Below, piece after piece: positions 18,152 to 27,993 of a DNA stretch of 36,679 nucleotides. The DNA comes from a virus (taxonomy: Duplodnaviria > Heunggongvirae > Uroviricota > Caudoviricetes), in the IMG/VR virus record IMGVR_UViG_2579778919_000010, one strand, 5' to 3'. Made by a program: the position numbers and the translations under genes. The notes under the pieces were generated by a model that saw only the letters and a list, made by a program, of their open reading frames with translations, did no database searches and had not been told where the DNA came from. Every line of letters starts with the position of its first letter. Positions within the stretch are counted from its first letter, which is position 1.

Positions 18152-19712
18152 CGTTTACATCTCCCAGCGACCGGGCTTTAAAACAGAGCATCGCCAGCTG
18201 CGTCGCAAACTCATCCGCATCAAGTTCTTTCTGAAGCGCCGGCAGGCCAGCAAGAAAAGATTCAAAGCTGTCAGATTTCTTTGCCAGCTCAAGCACCGGA
18301 CTGGTGAACGCATCGCCGGTACGCTGCCAGTCATTCATCGCTTCATCCACCATCATATCAAGAACGTCAGGCTGGCTGCGGTTAAGCGCAGTCTGCTCAC
18401 GGTTCATGGCCGGTAGTGGGTTAGTCATTTGCGCCGTTGGTGTCAGAATTTTTGCGCCTTTCTCCGGTTCAGACAGCCCGAATTTGTCACGGATCTCTGA
18501 CATCTGAACTTCCATCCCCCGGTCAATCAGCGGCGACAGTGCATCCACCAGAACCTTAAGATCTTCCGGTTTGCTGATGCGCAGAACGACGCGGGGGTAA
18601 TGCTCCTGTGGTCCGTAATTCATATCCACATAGGGACGAACAAGGAATTCAGACAGCGTGTTGGATAACTGCCAGGCATCCCATTTGGCGATGTCCATAC
18701 GCACACCATTGTGGACTTCCGCCTGAGCACGTGAACTGCCGTCATCCGTGGTCATGGTCTGCCCCAGTACGGCCTTACTAATCTGCGCGTCACACCATTC
18801 GGCCATCTCTTTAAAGAGAGTGCCACCGCTGTTACGGCTCGCCGCTTCCTGCATCTCCAGTTTCATCGAGTCGGGGATTGCGCAGCCGGCATCTGATGCC
18901 AGTGATGCAATCGCATCCAGCAATGTCTGGATTTGTTCCGGGCTGGCGTTGTTGCCGTATTTACCCACCACAATCGGGATGCCAAATTTTTCAGCAAACG
19001 CCCACCAGTCCCGGACTGTGTAGGACTTGAGCATATACATGACGGCCACCAGACGCGCCAGACCGTTACGCAAGGGCAGACCGGATTTCAGGCGGGGCTT
19101 ATGGACGATAAATTTCCCCGGTGACAATGGCTCACCATCGATGGGGTTCCTGTCCGTCAGTAGTCTGAAATCACGCAGCGTTTCCCGGTCAGGTTTCAGA
19201 AAACGTGGATCTACCCATTCATAATCGCGGGGTTTCCAGAGTGTGGTGCTGGTATTCCAGAGGATTTCGCAGACACCAACGCCTTTACCAAGCCCGTCCA
19301 GCAAATCGAACAGCAGTTCGGGAACCTGCGGTTGCGCCATGAGGTTACGGATATCATCTGCGATTTCCACATCCCGCGGGGAATCGCTCCCGGCCTCCAC
19401 TGAAGGTTCAATCCCGGAAACCGTCAGCTTGCGTGTACGTAAAACGCTGGCGTAGTGGAGGTCACGTTCCTCCAGTTCCTCCGCCATAATGAAGAAATCA
19501 CGGGCATGACCATCGGCTGCATTACGTAAGATCCCCGCAAGCCTGCCGGGACTCAGCGTACTGGCAACGCTGATACCTGCCGAGGGGGAACGTACACTCA
19601 TTACCGCCGCTGCGGATTGCGTCTGCTTCAGCTCATCCTTGTTCACGGTGACAACTTCTCCCGTGGCAGGACTGAGCAGCCGGCGAACGGCTCCGGTTAG
19701 TTGTTTAAACAT
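18144..19712 (-). CDS. Portal protein (Mu gp29 / H-like)
   Basis: 522 aa following the large terminase. Confidence 0.85.
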   Translation of the reverse strand: MFKQLTGAVRRLLSPATGEVVTVNKDELKQTQSAAAVMSVRSPSAGISVASTLSPGRLAGILRNAADGHARDFFIMAEELEERDLHYASVLRTRKLTVSGIEPSVEAGSDSPRDVEIADDIRNLMAQPQVPELLFDLLDGLGKGVGVCEILWNTSTTLWKPRDYEWVDPRFLKPDRETLRDFRLLTDRNPIDGEPLSPGKFIVHKPRLKSGLPLRNGLARLVAVMYMLKSYTVRDWWAFAEKFGIPIVVGKYGNNASPEQIQTLLDAIASLASDAGCAIPDSMKLEMQEAASRNSGGTLFKEMAEWCDAQISKAVLGQTMTTDDGSSRAQAEVHNGVRMDIAKWDAWQLSNTLSEFLVRPYVDMNYGPQEHYPRVVLRISKPEDLKVLVDALSPLIDRGMEVQMSEIRDKFGLSEPEKGAKILTPTAQMTNPLPAMNREQTALNRSQPDVLDMMVDEAMNDWQRTGDAFTSPVLELAKKSDSFESFLAGLPALQKELDADEFATQLAMLCFKARSLGDVNDG

Positions 19713-21295
19713 CAGAGTAATCCCCGCTGATTTTTAAGACCCCGTGTGATGCGGACCTGACGGTGTTCATTACGCTCATCGGGGCGGGAAGGTTTCTTTA
19801 ACTTGTGGACTTCATAACGGCGGCAGTCCTCGCGACTGGCGAGGAAACCGAGAAAAATAGCGATAGCAGAGTCACCGTGACGCTTGCGGCCATCGGTGCC
19901 GGTAGTTCGTGCATCATCAATGCCCGGTACGCCGCGATAAAGCTGAATTGCGCCGAGGTCTGTGATCACATCTTCATGCTTTGGCAGTACCAGCTCATTG
20001 TCTTCGAATGCCGCACGGAACCGTGGCATGTTCTCCCGGTAGTATTTGACGGAAAGCTGCACCTGCTCAACTTCATCACCGTATTTTTCCGCCGCCTGTT
20101 CTGCCAGATACTGACCGTTACCCCGCGCATCGAGCTTGATGCCGTCACGGCGGGGAAGCCTGTCACAGATATAAAACAGCGCCTGCTCCTGCTGTTTAAA
20201 TGGCACATTGCTGAGTTCCACCAGGAACGGGACGTTGCGCGTCGTGTCATCGTTGACTGTCACCGGTGCAAACACGGTCAGGTCACCATTACGCGCAAAG
20301 TCCTCCCCCAGACAGTGGCGCAGGTTCTGCGGCAGCTTCTCCAGTTCGGGTAGTACGACCGTCTCCAGCCATTCCTGCATTTCCACACGGCGCAGTCCGT
20401 CCGGCATCGCGTTAAAATCAGCCGTACCGGTGAAGCGCAGGACAACGGTCGGACCTCTGGCCGCACGTTCGCGCAGGGAACGTGCGATATAGACGCCACC
20501 GCCGTTCTTCGGCTCGCAGTAGTATTCCTCGCGGGCATCTTCCTCTGTGGCCGTGTCGCTCAGCAGGTTAGCCAGCCATTCCGCTTCGGCCTCCACAGAC
20601 CAGACTTTTTTTGTAACCTGACAGATGCGCTGATACAGCCCCTCTGCAATGGCCGTTTCAATATCGACGTGATGGACAGAGTAGCGTTTTTTCCCGGCCC
20701 GGCTGTCGGTGATGATGGTGTTAAACAGGTTATCAATACCGTTGTGAGTGGAAATAAGGCGAACATTATTCCCCCACATTGTCAGCGCCAGCGCCGCCTT
20801 GAGTACCGCTGCAAGGTCAGCCTGGAATGCGGCCTCATCAATGATGACGTTACCCTGCATACCACGCAGGTTCGACGGGTTAGACGACAGCGCCTTGATT
20901 TTGTAGCCACTGGCGAACTGGATGACATAGACCAGGATGTCTTTGTCTTCATCCTTCAGCACTTCTTCACCAATGCCAGACGCGGCGCGGTCATAGGCTT
21001 TCGCCCACATGGCACAGGCATCAATAAACTCACGGGCCATGTCTTTCGTTGTGCCGACGTAGAATGTGTCGCACCCACCGGCCTCCACCGACATTGAGCC
21101 GTTGAGGGCCGCGTCAGCGGCTTCCGCCCAGGTCAGACCGGTACGACGCGACTTCTCGGCAATCTTCAGTTGAGAGGAGTCGGCAATCCACCGCTTCTGG
21201 TAGGGAAGCAGTAGCTGGCTTTTGTCGAACTCGCCCGACAGGATAGCCGCAGCGGACTGACTGGTGAGTGTTCTGTCCGGCGTCATCGTCGTCAT
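19712..21295 (-). CDS. Terminase large subunit (Mu gp28-like)
   Basis: 527 aa; size and position. Confidence 0.85.
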   Translation of the reverse strand: MTTMTPDRTLTSQSAAAILSGEFDKSQLLLPYQKRWIADSSQLKIAEKSRRTGLTWAEAADAALNGSMSVEAGGCDTFYVGTTKDMAREFIDACAMWAKAYDRAASGIGEEVLKDEDKDILVYVIQFASGYKIKALSSNPSNLRGMQGNVIIDEAAFQADLAAVLKAALALTMWGNNVRLISTHNGIDNLFNTIITDSRAGKKRYSVHHVDIETAIAEGLYQRICQVTKKVWSVEAEAEWLANLLSDTATEEDAREEYYCEPKNGGGVYIARSLRERAARGPTVVLRFTGTADFNAMPDGLRRVEMQEWLETVVLPELEKLPQNLRHCLGEDFARNGDLTVFAPVTVNDDTTRNVPFLVELSNVPFKQQEQALFYICDRLPRRDGIKLDARGNGQYLAEQAAEKYGDEVEQVQLSVKYYRENMPRFRAAFEDNELVLPKHEDVITDLGAIQLYRGVPGIDDARTTGTDGRKRHGDSAIAIFLGFLASREDCRRYEVHKLKKPSRPDERNEHRQVRITRGLKNQRGLL

Positions 21296-21870
21296 TCTGC
21301 AATCCCCAGAATCTGACGTTTGATATCAGCCGCCGTCTCAGCAGACAGACCAGCAGAACGGGTTATGGTCTCTGCGGCCGCAGCGGCTTTTTTCGCAAAC
21401 TCCTGCTGGATTTCTTTCTCGCGTTTGTGGCTTGCCATCGCTGCGGCTTCCAGTCGCTGGGCGACAAGCGCAAGCTGGCCCAGCGCTTTTGGTTCGACAG
21501 TTTTATCGCTGTCAGCCATTTCCATTGAGGTTTCAAAGGCCAGTGTTTTGACAAACTCCAGCAGTAATTTTCCGACGTCAGACGTCGGCGCTGAGCCAAG
21601 TTTTGATGCCCATATTTCAGCCATCTCGCGTGAAGCGCGAATCTTTGACCCCATCGTTTCCATGCGGCTTGCGTAGCGGTTCAGACCGGTACGGCTGATT
21701 TGCATGTCCTCCGGAAGGTTATATTCGTTGATCAGCTCGTTAATCGCTTCGCGGATTTCTTCCTGGGTATGTCGTTTGTCGCGCAGCATCTGATGAAGTT
21801 GCTCCCGGACCGCATCCGGGAGCAAATCAATCTTTGAGGGTCGTCCGCGCGTCTGGCGTTCACTTGCCAT
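21292..21870 (-). CDS. Putative terminase small subunit / DNA-binding packaging protein (Mu gp27-like)
   Basis: 192 aa, N-terminal RGRPSKIDLLPDAVREQL HTH-like segment; directly upstream of the large terminase. Confidence 0.65.
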   Translation of the reverse strand: MASERQTRGRPSKIDLLPDAVREQLHQMLRDKRHTQEEIREAINELINEYNLPEDMQISRTGLNRYASRMETMGSKIRASREMAEIWASKLGSAPTSDVGKLLLEFVKTLAFETSMEMADSDKTVEPKALGQLALVAQRLEAAAMASHKREKEIQQEFAKKAAAAAETITRSAGLSAETAADIKRQILGIAE

Positions 21871-22159
21871 TCTCCCTCCTCATACGTTCAAGGAAGTCAC
21901 GTTCAACGCTGGATTTGTCTTTCAGCAGCAACTTCCAGACGCGTTTGTATTCCGGGTTGCTGTTGAGGAATGTGTTCAGATACGAATCAGCGGATTCGGA
22001 GTTGTATTTTTTACCCGTCGATTTTTCAAACTGCGGTGCAATGGCTCTGACTTCAATTTCCGCACAGACGAGAATGGCGGCCATTTTCCGGATGATGTCG
22101 CGCTGGCTGCTGCTCAGTGGCTTAAGGGCTTTAGTCATGGCAGATGTTCTCCAGTTCAA
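21860..22159 (-). CDS. Hypothetical protein (Mu late-region small protein)
   Basis: ORF with coupled overlap to neighbours; probable start at MTKALKPL. Confidence 0.45.
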   Translation of the reverse strand: MNWRTSAMTKALKPLSSSQRDIIRKMAAILVCAEIEVRAIAPQFEKSTGKKYNSESADSYLNTFLNSNPEYKRVWKLLLKDKSSVERDFLERMRRENGK

Positions 22160-22511
22160 AAATACGCTCTGTCACATCGTTAATCGCATCCGTAAAACCA
22201 AATGCGCTGCTCCACTCAGGGGGCGCACCGGTTACAGCCTCATACATGCTGTCCAGTACGGCGATAACCTGATCGCGCTCTCCTATAAGCTGGGTTTCAG
22301 AGCGGTCCAACCGGGCAATGCCTTCCAGTGCTTTTTCATTTGCACTGATAAGGGAATCAATGATCACAGCGGCCTGAAAAAGCGCATTCGCTGACATGCC
22401 GATTTCACCGGACTCCCGACGCTCCGCCAGACCTGACAGGCGGCGCAACTGTTCCGCCTGCTGGCGGCAGGTCATTAACATTTGAAGTATTCTGGCCCGT
22501 TCCATCGTCAC
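22131..22511 (-). CDS. Hypothetical protein
   Basis: 126-aa ORF in the conserved strand block. Confidence 0.45.
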   Translation of the reverse strand: MTMERARILQMLMTCRQQAEQLRRLSGLAERRESGEIGMSANALFQAAVIIDSLISANEKALEGIARLDRSETQLIGERDQVIAVLDSMYEAVTGAPPEWSSAFGFTDAINDVTERIFELENICHD

Positions 22512-22801
22512 TCCCGCGCACGTGGTTTTTTGACGCCGGGGACCGTCGCCAGCCCAAAGGCCACATCTTCACCGCGTCCTGTGATGCCGGCGACGTAACA
22601 CCCGGAGACATCTGACAGGGTGACGAGTCCCTGTTCACGTAGCCACGCAAGGAGGGTGCGGACGGTGTCACGGGAAACCCGGTGGCCGTAGGTCTGGAGG
22701 CAGGTCTGTAGAATGGATTCGTTTGCACTGTCTCCGCACTCCACCAGTGAGCGCAGAATGACCAGACGCTGGTCGCTGTTGAGGATTTCTTGCATGCTCA
22801 T
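22508..22801 (-). CDS. Hypothetical winged-helix-like small protein
   Basis: 97 aa; not Mor/C-like by motif. Confidence 0.45.
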   Translation of the reverse strand: MSMQEILNSDQRLVILRSLVECGDSANESILQTCLQTYGHRVSRDTVRTLLAWLREQGLVTLSDVSGCYVAGITGRGEDVAFGLATVPGVKKPRARE

Positions 22802-22807
22802 AGCCTC

Positions 22808-23113
22808 TTAATTTTTTTCCTTCAGTTCGTTTTCCAGCAACAGATCGCTGATACGTGTGGCCTGCCGGAGCATTCCGGAGAACTCCCGTATTTCGCCGCG
22901 CAGGTTGCTCATATCCAGTTGCAACTGGTGGAGTTCCTGCCGTGACGGCATCCCGTCGATGGCCTTTTCAAGTGCACTCATCCGGCTGTTAACTTTCTCC
23001 ATCTCTTCCCGGCGGGCATAGGTTTTCACCAGCAGCAGGTGGATAATATTGATACCGGACATCAGTCCGGCCCAGATGACAGCCCAGTTACTTCTTACGG
23101 TTTCCCATTCCAT
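22808..23113 (-). CDS. Membrane-anchored coiled-coil protein (spanin or Mu gp25-like candidate)
   Basis: N-terminal hydrophobic helix (WAVIWAGLMSGINIIHLLLV) followed by a charged coiled coil. Confidence 0.45.
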   Translation of the reverse strand: MEWETVRSNWAVIWAGLMSGINIIHLLLVKTYARREEMEKVNSRMSALEKAIDGMPSRQELHQLQLDMSNLRGEIREFSGMLRQATRISDLLLENELKEKN

Positions 23114-23320
23114 TTATGCCGTCTCCCTGAGTGTCTGGCAGTCAATGCAGGTCACGGCATCCGGCATGGCCGCCAGTCGTTTCGGGTCAATTTCGTCACC
23201 ACAGTCGTTGCAGTGGTCTGGCGTGTCAGGAGATTCTTTAACCCTGTTTAACTGAGCATTTAATGCCCGTTCACGGTCTGCCATCTCAAGGCCGCTGGCC
23301 TTGTCCAGTTCATCCGTCAT
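23114..23320 (-). CDS. TraR/DksA-family C4 zinc-finger protein
   Basis: CNDCGDEI...CIDCQ, four Cys in a CxxC-N17-CxxC arrangement. Confidence 0.7.
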   Translation of the reverse strand: MTDELDKASGLEMADRERALNAQLNRVKESPDTPDHCNDCGDEIDPKRLAAMPDAVTCIDCQTLRETA

Positions 23321-23925
23321 CTACCCGCCGCCATCGTTTTGTGTTTGCTGGATTTGCTGTACCGGGCGAACCCGTCAAGGGTACGAAAACCAAGATACCC
23401 AAGCGCCGGTGTCGCCAGCATGAGTGCGATATCCCAGTCCGGTGATGGCATGGAGAAGGCATGACCAAAAGCACCGGATACCGCGCCAGCCTGCTGACCC
23501 ACAGACATCAGCATCACATACGCAATGCTGCTGTATAGCGACAGCCGGGCCATCAGCGGTCTGGTCTGACGGACATATTCATCCGTGGCGTTGTCCCCGT
23601 TACGGATGGTTTCCTGCTGTTCATGGTGGGCAGCCTGACGGTCAGCCAGTACGGCTTTGTCCCGCTCAAGCTGGAATTGTTCAATCTGGACCTTCAGGGA
23701 CTGGAGCTGGACGAACTGTTCTGGCGGCAGCGCCGCCAGTTTTTGCTCAAGCACCCGCTGCTGGTCCTGCGGGTTGATGACGCTGTTGACGTTCTCAACG
23801 ATCCCCGCCACAGAATCTGCCGTTCTGGCGGTGTCGCCACCGAACCAGCCGCCCACGGTACGCAGTAACGACGGTCCTGCCTTCATCAGAACGCTGGCAA
23901 CGGTAGAGATGGTTACTGGATCCAT
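23317..23925 (-). CDS. Lysis-region membrane protein (holin-like candidate)
   Basis: 202 aa with C-terminal hydrophobic segments. Confidence 0.4.
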   Translation of the reverse strand: MDPVTISTVASVLMKAGPSLLRTVGGWFGGDTARTADSVAGIVENVNSVINPQDQQRVLEQKLAALPPEQFVQLQSLKVQIEQFQLERDKAVLADRQAAHHEQQETIRNGDNATDEYVRQTRPLMARLSLYSSIAYVMLMSVGQQAGAVSGAFGHAFSMPSPDWDIALMLATPALGYLGFRTLDGFARYSKSSKHKTMAAGR

Positions 23926-24320
23926 GCAAGAAGCCCCTTACGTTCAACCCACATACAGAAAAGAACGCCGATTGCAGCACCCACTGGTGTAAGAAGAATC
24001 AGGTATAACGGGGTGGCATATAGCTGGCTCAGAATGAGAAGAAAACCGCCTACAACCCAGATGACCCACGCCCAGAAACGGGCATGCCGGCTGATATGCA
24101 TTTCAGGTTTAAGAAGCCTGTACGGAAGATTGCCAAGAAAGATACTGAATCCGATCAGAACCACGCCGGAGAGTGCCAGCCACCAGACCATAAATGCCTG
24201 GCGGCCTGAGAAACTACAGATGAACAGCGACAGGCCGACGAGAATGACAATGCTCCATCCGGAGCGCAAAACCTGTACCAGTGCCAGCCTTAACCAGTCG
24301 CAGCTAAACGATTTAAACAT
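23913..24320 (-). CDS. Multi-pass membrane protein (lysis region)
   Basis: Probable start MFKSFSCDW; 3-4 predicted hydrophobic helices; ORF track extends it to 24452. Confidence 0.45.
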   Translation of the reverse strand: MFKSFSCDWLRLALVQVLRSGWSIVILVGLSLFICSFSGRQAFMVWWLALSGVVLIGFSIFLGNLPYRLLKPEMHISRHARFWAWVIWVVGGFLLILSQLYATPLYLILLTPVGAAIGVLFCMWVERKGLLAWIQ

Positions 24321-24531
24321 TGTGTTTTTCCTTGTATCGCTGGCATTGCCAGACGATGTCTCTGATATCGACGGATGACCAGCCGCGCATGTAGTAACTG
24401 GCGTGTGTACCGTCATGACCTGCATAACTTGTCGGAACGGGGACGGGGCCACCTGCTATTCGGTGAAGAACTTCCTGCCTCAGCCGGTCACGTCGTCCCT
24501 GTTTCAGCGAAGCGTCCCATCCCTTGCCCAT
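24313..24531 (-). CDS. Hypothetical small protein downstream of the endolysin
   Basis: 72-aa ORF coupled to the endolysin stop. Confidence 0.35.
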   Translation of the reverse strand: MGKGWDASLKQGRRDRLRQEVLHRIAGGPVPVPTSYAGHDGTHASYYMRGWSSVDIRDIVWQCQRYKEKHNV

Positions 24532-24532
24532 A

Positions 24533-25123
24533 TCAGCTCCGGGCTACCGAATAGCGGACACCGGAAATCTCACGACAGGCGTCAGCGAGGTTGTCAAGGC
24601 GGTTAAACCAGCCGTTGAGGAACTTGCCCTGCGAAGAGTTTGCTTTGATGATGTCGGCGTAATAGCGGGAACGTTGCAGAAACAAACGGTTCAGCAGCCA
24701 GTCAGGGTCAGCACGCTCAACGGCTGCACGGGTGTTTTTACCGGCGATACCGTCAACGCTTTTGCCAGTGAAACCCACAGCTTCCTGAAGCAACTGGACA
24801 GCCTTTTTGACGCCATGCTGGACGGCAGAATCAAAGACAAACAGGGCGATATCATCCGGCCATAACTGGCAATACGCCGGATACCAGTAGTCACGGAAGT
24901 AAATCTGTCCGGCCTGTTCAACCGTTAAATCACGAATACGAGTATCAGGCTTGCCATCGCCATTAACGTCGGTCATGCCATCGGCAACACCGTCGCGTTT
25001 ATCTGATATACCGAAGTTAGTTTCACCGCCACGGTCAGTGGGGTCATTGACATATCCGCGTTCTGCGCTGAGCACGAAAGCAAGAGCATTGCGAAATGCG
25101 GGAGAATCGGGGGTGTTGTTCAT
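24533..25123 (-). CDS. lys: Endolysin, GH108 lysozyme domain with C-terminal peptidoglycan-binding domain
   Basis: ERGYVNDPTDRGGETNFGI signature of GH108 and a C-terminal GWFNRL-type PG-binding region. Confidence 0.8.
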   Translation of the reverse strand: MNNTPDSPAFRNALAFVLSAERGYVNDPTDRGGETNFGISDKRDGVADGMTDVNGDGKPDTRIRDLTVEQAGQIYFRDYWYPAYCQLWPDDIALFVFDSAVQHGVKKAVQLLQEAVGFTGKSVDGIAGKNTRAAVERADPDWLLNRLFLQRSRYYADIIKANSSQGKFLNGWFNRLDNLADACREISGVRYSVARS

Positions 25124-25176
25124 AAAACGGCACCTTTGGAAGTGGGTTAGATTTCCCTTCCATCATGTGCCGGACG

Positions 25177-25201
25177 AAAAAAAAGCCGGATTAACCGGCT
25201 T
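25177..25201 (-). terminator. Intrinsic terminator downstream of the AT-rich moron
   Basis: On the minus strand: stem AAGCCGG / loop TTAAT / CCGGCTT followed by an 8-U run (plus strand: aaaaaaaa-gccggattaaccggctt). Confidence 0.65.
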
Positions 25202-25219
25202 CATTGTATTGGCTATAAC

Positions 25220-25543
25220 TTAATAGAATAAATAATCTTTGTAGCGATAGAGCAACCATCCTGATACCAACAAAAGTAGAATAATAAAACTTACGCTTTT
25301 ATCAGTCTTTACTGGATATTCTTCCGCAGCGATCAATAAAGATTTCCTGTTGATCAGATACCAAATAAAAGGAAGTATAAATATACTCAGCGCAGCCCAA
25401 ACCACAGGGTGTATGCCTCTGCGACATCCTTTTCGCACACCGTCTCTAACAACATAACTTCCTATGTTGTTAGAAGTAGCATCAAAGAAAACCCAAAAAA
25501 CACATATAATACAAACTATGTTAATAACAATCACACCAACCAT
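25220..25543 (-). CDS. Small hydrophobic membrane protein encoded in a markedly AT-rich block (moron / cargo)
   Basis: 107 aa with ~3 hydrophobic helices; composition clearly lower in GC than flanking phage genes; own terminator; occupies the mor-lys interval. Confidence 0.6.
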   Translation of the reverse strand: MVGVIVINIVCIICVFWVFFDATSNNIGSYVVRDGVRKGCRRGIHPVVWAALSIFILPFIWYLINRKSLLIAAEEYPVKTDKSVSFIILLLLVSGWLLYRYKDYLFY

Positions 25544-25547
25544 ATTA

Positions 25548-25955
25548 TCACTCCATATTAAATGAGAGCTGCCTCTTACCTTGCTCTAACTTTCGCATTC
25601 TCCGGATTGCTTTATACACCGTTTTATAGGTAACACGGTAACGCTCAACCAACTCTGTGATGTTTCTGCCATTGAAATCACGCCAGATTTTCATATCACG
25701 AATCAATGACTCAAGAGTCTGGCCGCGTGGAAAATAAATCTGCATTCCACCAATCTGACAGCTAATCGCATAGACCAGCTCCAGAGAGATTCGTGGGTCA
25801 ACACCATGCTTTGTCAGTTCGCCACGCAACAGCGTATTCAGTTCTGTCAGCAGTGCAGGGAAACGCACAGTTTCCGCCGAACTGTCATCGTCCAGGTGCT
25901 CCAGAATGCTGTCATCCTGGATATCACCAAACAGGTCATTCTGCTTTTCGCTCAT
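25548..25955 (-). CDS. mor: Middle operon regulator Mor
   Basis: DLFGDIQDDSILEHL...RFPALLTELNTLLRGEL...IRDMKIWRDFNGRNITELVERYRVTYKTVYKAIRRMR closely matches Mu Mor as recalled. Confidence 0.9.
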   Translation of the reverse strand: MSEKQNDLFGDIQDDSILEHLDDDSSAETVRFPALLTELNTLLRGELTKHGVDPRISLELVYAISCQIGGMQIYFPRGQTLESLIRDMKIWRDFNGRNITELVERYRVTYKTVYKAIRRMRKLEQGKRQLSFNME

Positions 25956-26479
25956 GTGCGCACCTTTCTTACTTTACTGGAATACAGGCTGTTGATGGCG
26001 TCATAACCCCGATTATCCTGAAATGCCAGGTCTCGCGGACTCAGCGCCTCTGTCATTTCTCTCAGGTGCCATTGCTTGAGGCTTTCCAGCACCATCAGAA
26101 GATTATCGCCACGGCACCATGCCAGGCTGGCGATACCTTTACCTTTGTTGGTTCTGACAGTCATCTTCGCGACGAACGAATCGAGTGAGGTATCGCTGCC
26201 ATCACGGATAAACCCATCAAGATGCATCTGCCGCCAGATGCTGCGGACCTTTGCGGTGATATCTGTCTCACGATGACGGCGAGCCGGAGAACGGGGACGG
26301 GTACGAATGAAACCCTTATCCTCCAGTACCTTCAGCACATCCTCCAGTTGGCCGACTCTCAGGTCACGACAGCTTTGCTTTCCCGTCACTCGCATCAGTA
26401 CAGAGCGGTAGGTGTCATCGTCCAGTTGTAGATTGCGACGGGCAACATGGATTAACTTAATCAGGGATGCGCGGCTCAT
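25952..26479 (-). CDS. gemA: GemA-like regulatory protein (Mu gp16 family)
   Basis: MSRASLIKLIHVARR... N-terminus; position just upstream of mor. ORF track extends to 26524. Confidence 0.7.
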   Translation of the reverse strand: MSRASLIKLIHVARRNLQLDDDTYRSVLMRVTGKQSCRDLRVGQLEDVLKVLEDKGFIRTRPRSPARRHRETDITAKVRSIWRQMHLDGFIRDGSDTSLDSFVAKMTVRTNKGKGIASLAWCRGDNLLMVLESLKQWHLREMTEALSPRDLAFQDNRGYDAINSLYSSKVRKVRT

Positions 26480-27128
26480 CGTTATTTCCCTCCGACTGGC
26501 GGTCAATACGCTCAATTTCTGCAATCAAAAGCGCACATGCTTTCACTAAATTTCGACGATAGTCTGACGGTTTGAAACTGTCATCATGCCAGTCAGCAGG
26601 CCAGTATTCTTCAGCCGCCAAAGGCTCTATGTAACTTATAGCCGCTGCGGCCAGCTCACCTTCAATATATGTGTCGTCCTGCTGTGTAGTGTACCCCTTA
26701 ACCGATATCTGCCGCTGGCGCTCGGCCAGAACATCAGATGCTGCTGGTGACAGTGAAAACGATGGAAGTGCGGCCCTAATAGCTTTGCCCAGATCGTCGT
26801 TTTTCTTTTCCAGGCATTCGATACGGTCTGCCTGCTGATTGATGTGATCGTCCTGGGCGGTGTTAGTGCGTTCCTGCTCAGCTATGCGTTTTTGGGCCTT
26901 GACCAGTTCATCCGCCAGTGTCCATTCTGATTTTGACAGGACGTCTATTTCACCCAGCAACAATTCCACGACTTCAAGAGTGAAACTGCGCTGGGTCTCA
27001 TTGATAGTTTTAAGACGATTAATACTGGTATCGGGGCCAAATGGCGGCATTGCTTTACGTTTGCAGATATCGTCACGTATCTGCTGGATATTGATAATCG
27101 TATGCCTGGTCATTCGCTTAAACTCCAT
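26457..27128 (-). CDS. Hypothetical early protein
   Basis: ORF in the semi-essential region; start uncertain (27167, 27128 or 27113). Confidence 0.4.
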   Translation of the reverse strand: MEFKRMTRHTIINIQQIRDDICKRKAMPPFGPDTSINRLKTINETQRSFTLEVVELLLGEIDVLSKSEWTLADELVKAQKRIAEQERTNTAQDDHINQQADRIECLEKKNDDLGKAIRAALPSFSLSPAASDVLAERQRQISVKGYTTQQDDTYIEGELAAAAISYIEPLAAEEYWPADWHDDSFKPSDYRRNLVKACALLIAEIERIDRQSEGNNDEPRIPD

Positions 27129-27202
27129 ATTTAGTTGCCTGCGGGTGCACGAAGCCCCGGCAGGCATACCGTATTAAAATTCTGAGAATCAAAGAAAGTT
27201 AA

Positions 27203-27730
27203 TTAATCAGTTACAGTTTGTTCAAATGGGATTATTTCAAAATCCTCAACATCTGATTTAATGGATATCCCTGCAATTCCCTTAACTTCATTCGGTGATG
27301 CAAGAATTGCCTCTTTATTAATTTCCTCTTTATTGCGAAGAAATTTACCCAGGCTGAATTTCTTGAGTAACGCAATAACATCTTCAACTTTGCGAATGGT
27401 GACGCTGGGCGGGCGCTTACGCCAGCGAACTTCGCCCGTTGTCAGGTTGGCCGTCTTGGTCTTACCGTCTTTCGTAAGCTCTGCACGGTTGGCTTCACAC
27501 CACGTCTGGACGCCAGTTTGTAAGCGGCCCAGCTCTTTCTTGAGCGCTTCAATTCCGGGAGCGGCGTCGTTAGTCAGCTCGGCCAGTTTGTCATTCAGTT
27601 CTGTTTCACGGCGCAAAATGACACGGGTGATGTCGCCAATTTTTCGGATATCGTTAATCACGTCTTCACGTGACTGCGGAACGGCCACTGCCGCAGCAGA
27701 CTTGGCTCGTGGTTTTTTAGGTGCTTTCAT
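27203..27730 (-). CDS. gam: Host-nuclease inhibitor Gam (Mu Gam / Ku-like DNA end-binding protein)
   Basis: KSAAAVAVPQSREDVINDIRKIGD...GVQTWCEANRAELT...TANLTTGEVRWRKRPPSV...FIPFEQ matches Mu Gam as recalled. Confidence 0.9.
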   Translation of the reverse strand: MKAPKKPRAKSAAAVAVPQSREDVINDIRKIGDITRVILRRETELNDKLAELTNDAAPGIEALKKELGRLQTGVQTWCEANRAELTKDGKTKTANLTTGEVRWRKRPPSVTIRKVEDVIALLKKFSLGKFLRNKEEINKEAILASPNEVKGIAGISIKSDVEDFEIIPFEQTVTD

Positions 27731-27737
27731 ATCAACC

Positions 27738-27989
27738 TCAGTGTTTGATTATTTTACGGTTATCCTGCTCCACCCTTGCTTTCACAAACGTGGTGACCTG
27801 CTGGATCGCCATCGGGAAAATAGCTGACAGACCTTCAGCAACCAGAAACGAAAATGAACCATCATCATTTGTGTTATTAAGATGAAACTGAATATTGAGT
27901 TTCCCTTCAGGTAGTTCGTTATTAATTGATTTGTCACTTTTCTGAACGATGCCATCCTCAATGACAATGGTGATAACCTGTTTAGCCAT
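27738..27989 (-). CDS. Hypothetical early protein
   Basis: 83-aa ORF in operon context. Confidence 0.4.
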   Translation of the reverse strand: MAKQVITIVIEDGIVQKSDKSINNELPEGKLNIQFHLNNTNDDGSFSFLVAEGLSAIFPMAIQQVTTFVKARVEQDNRKIIKH

Positions 27990-27993
27990 TGTT

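Noticed and set aside
24313-24531. 72-aa ORF after the endolysin as a possible late activator C
   Set aside because: No Mor/C-like helix-turn-helix (compare the Mor C-terminus GRNITELVERYRVTYKTVYKAIRR); kept only as a hypothetical protein.
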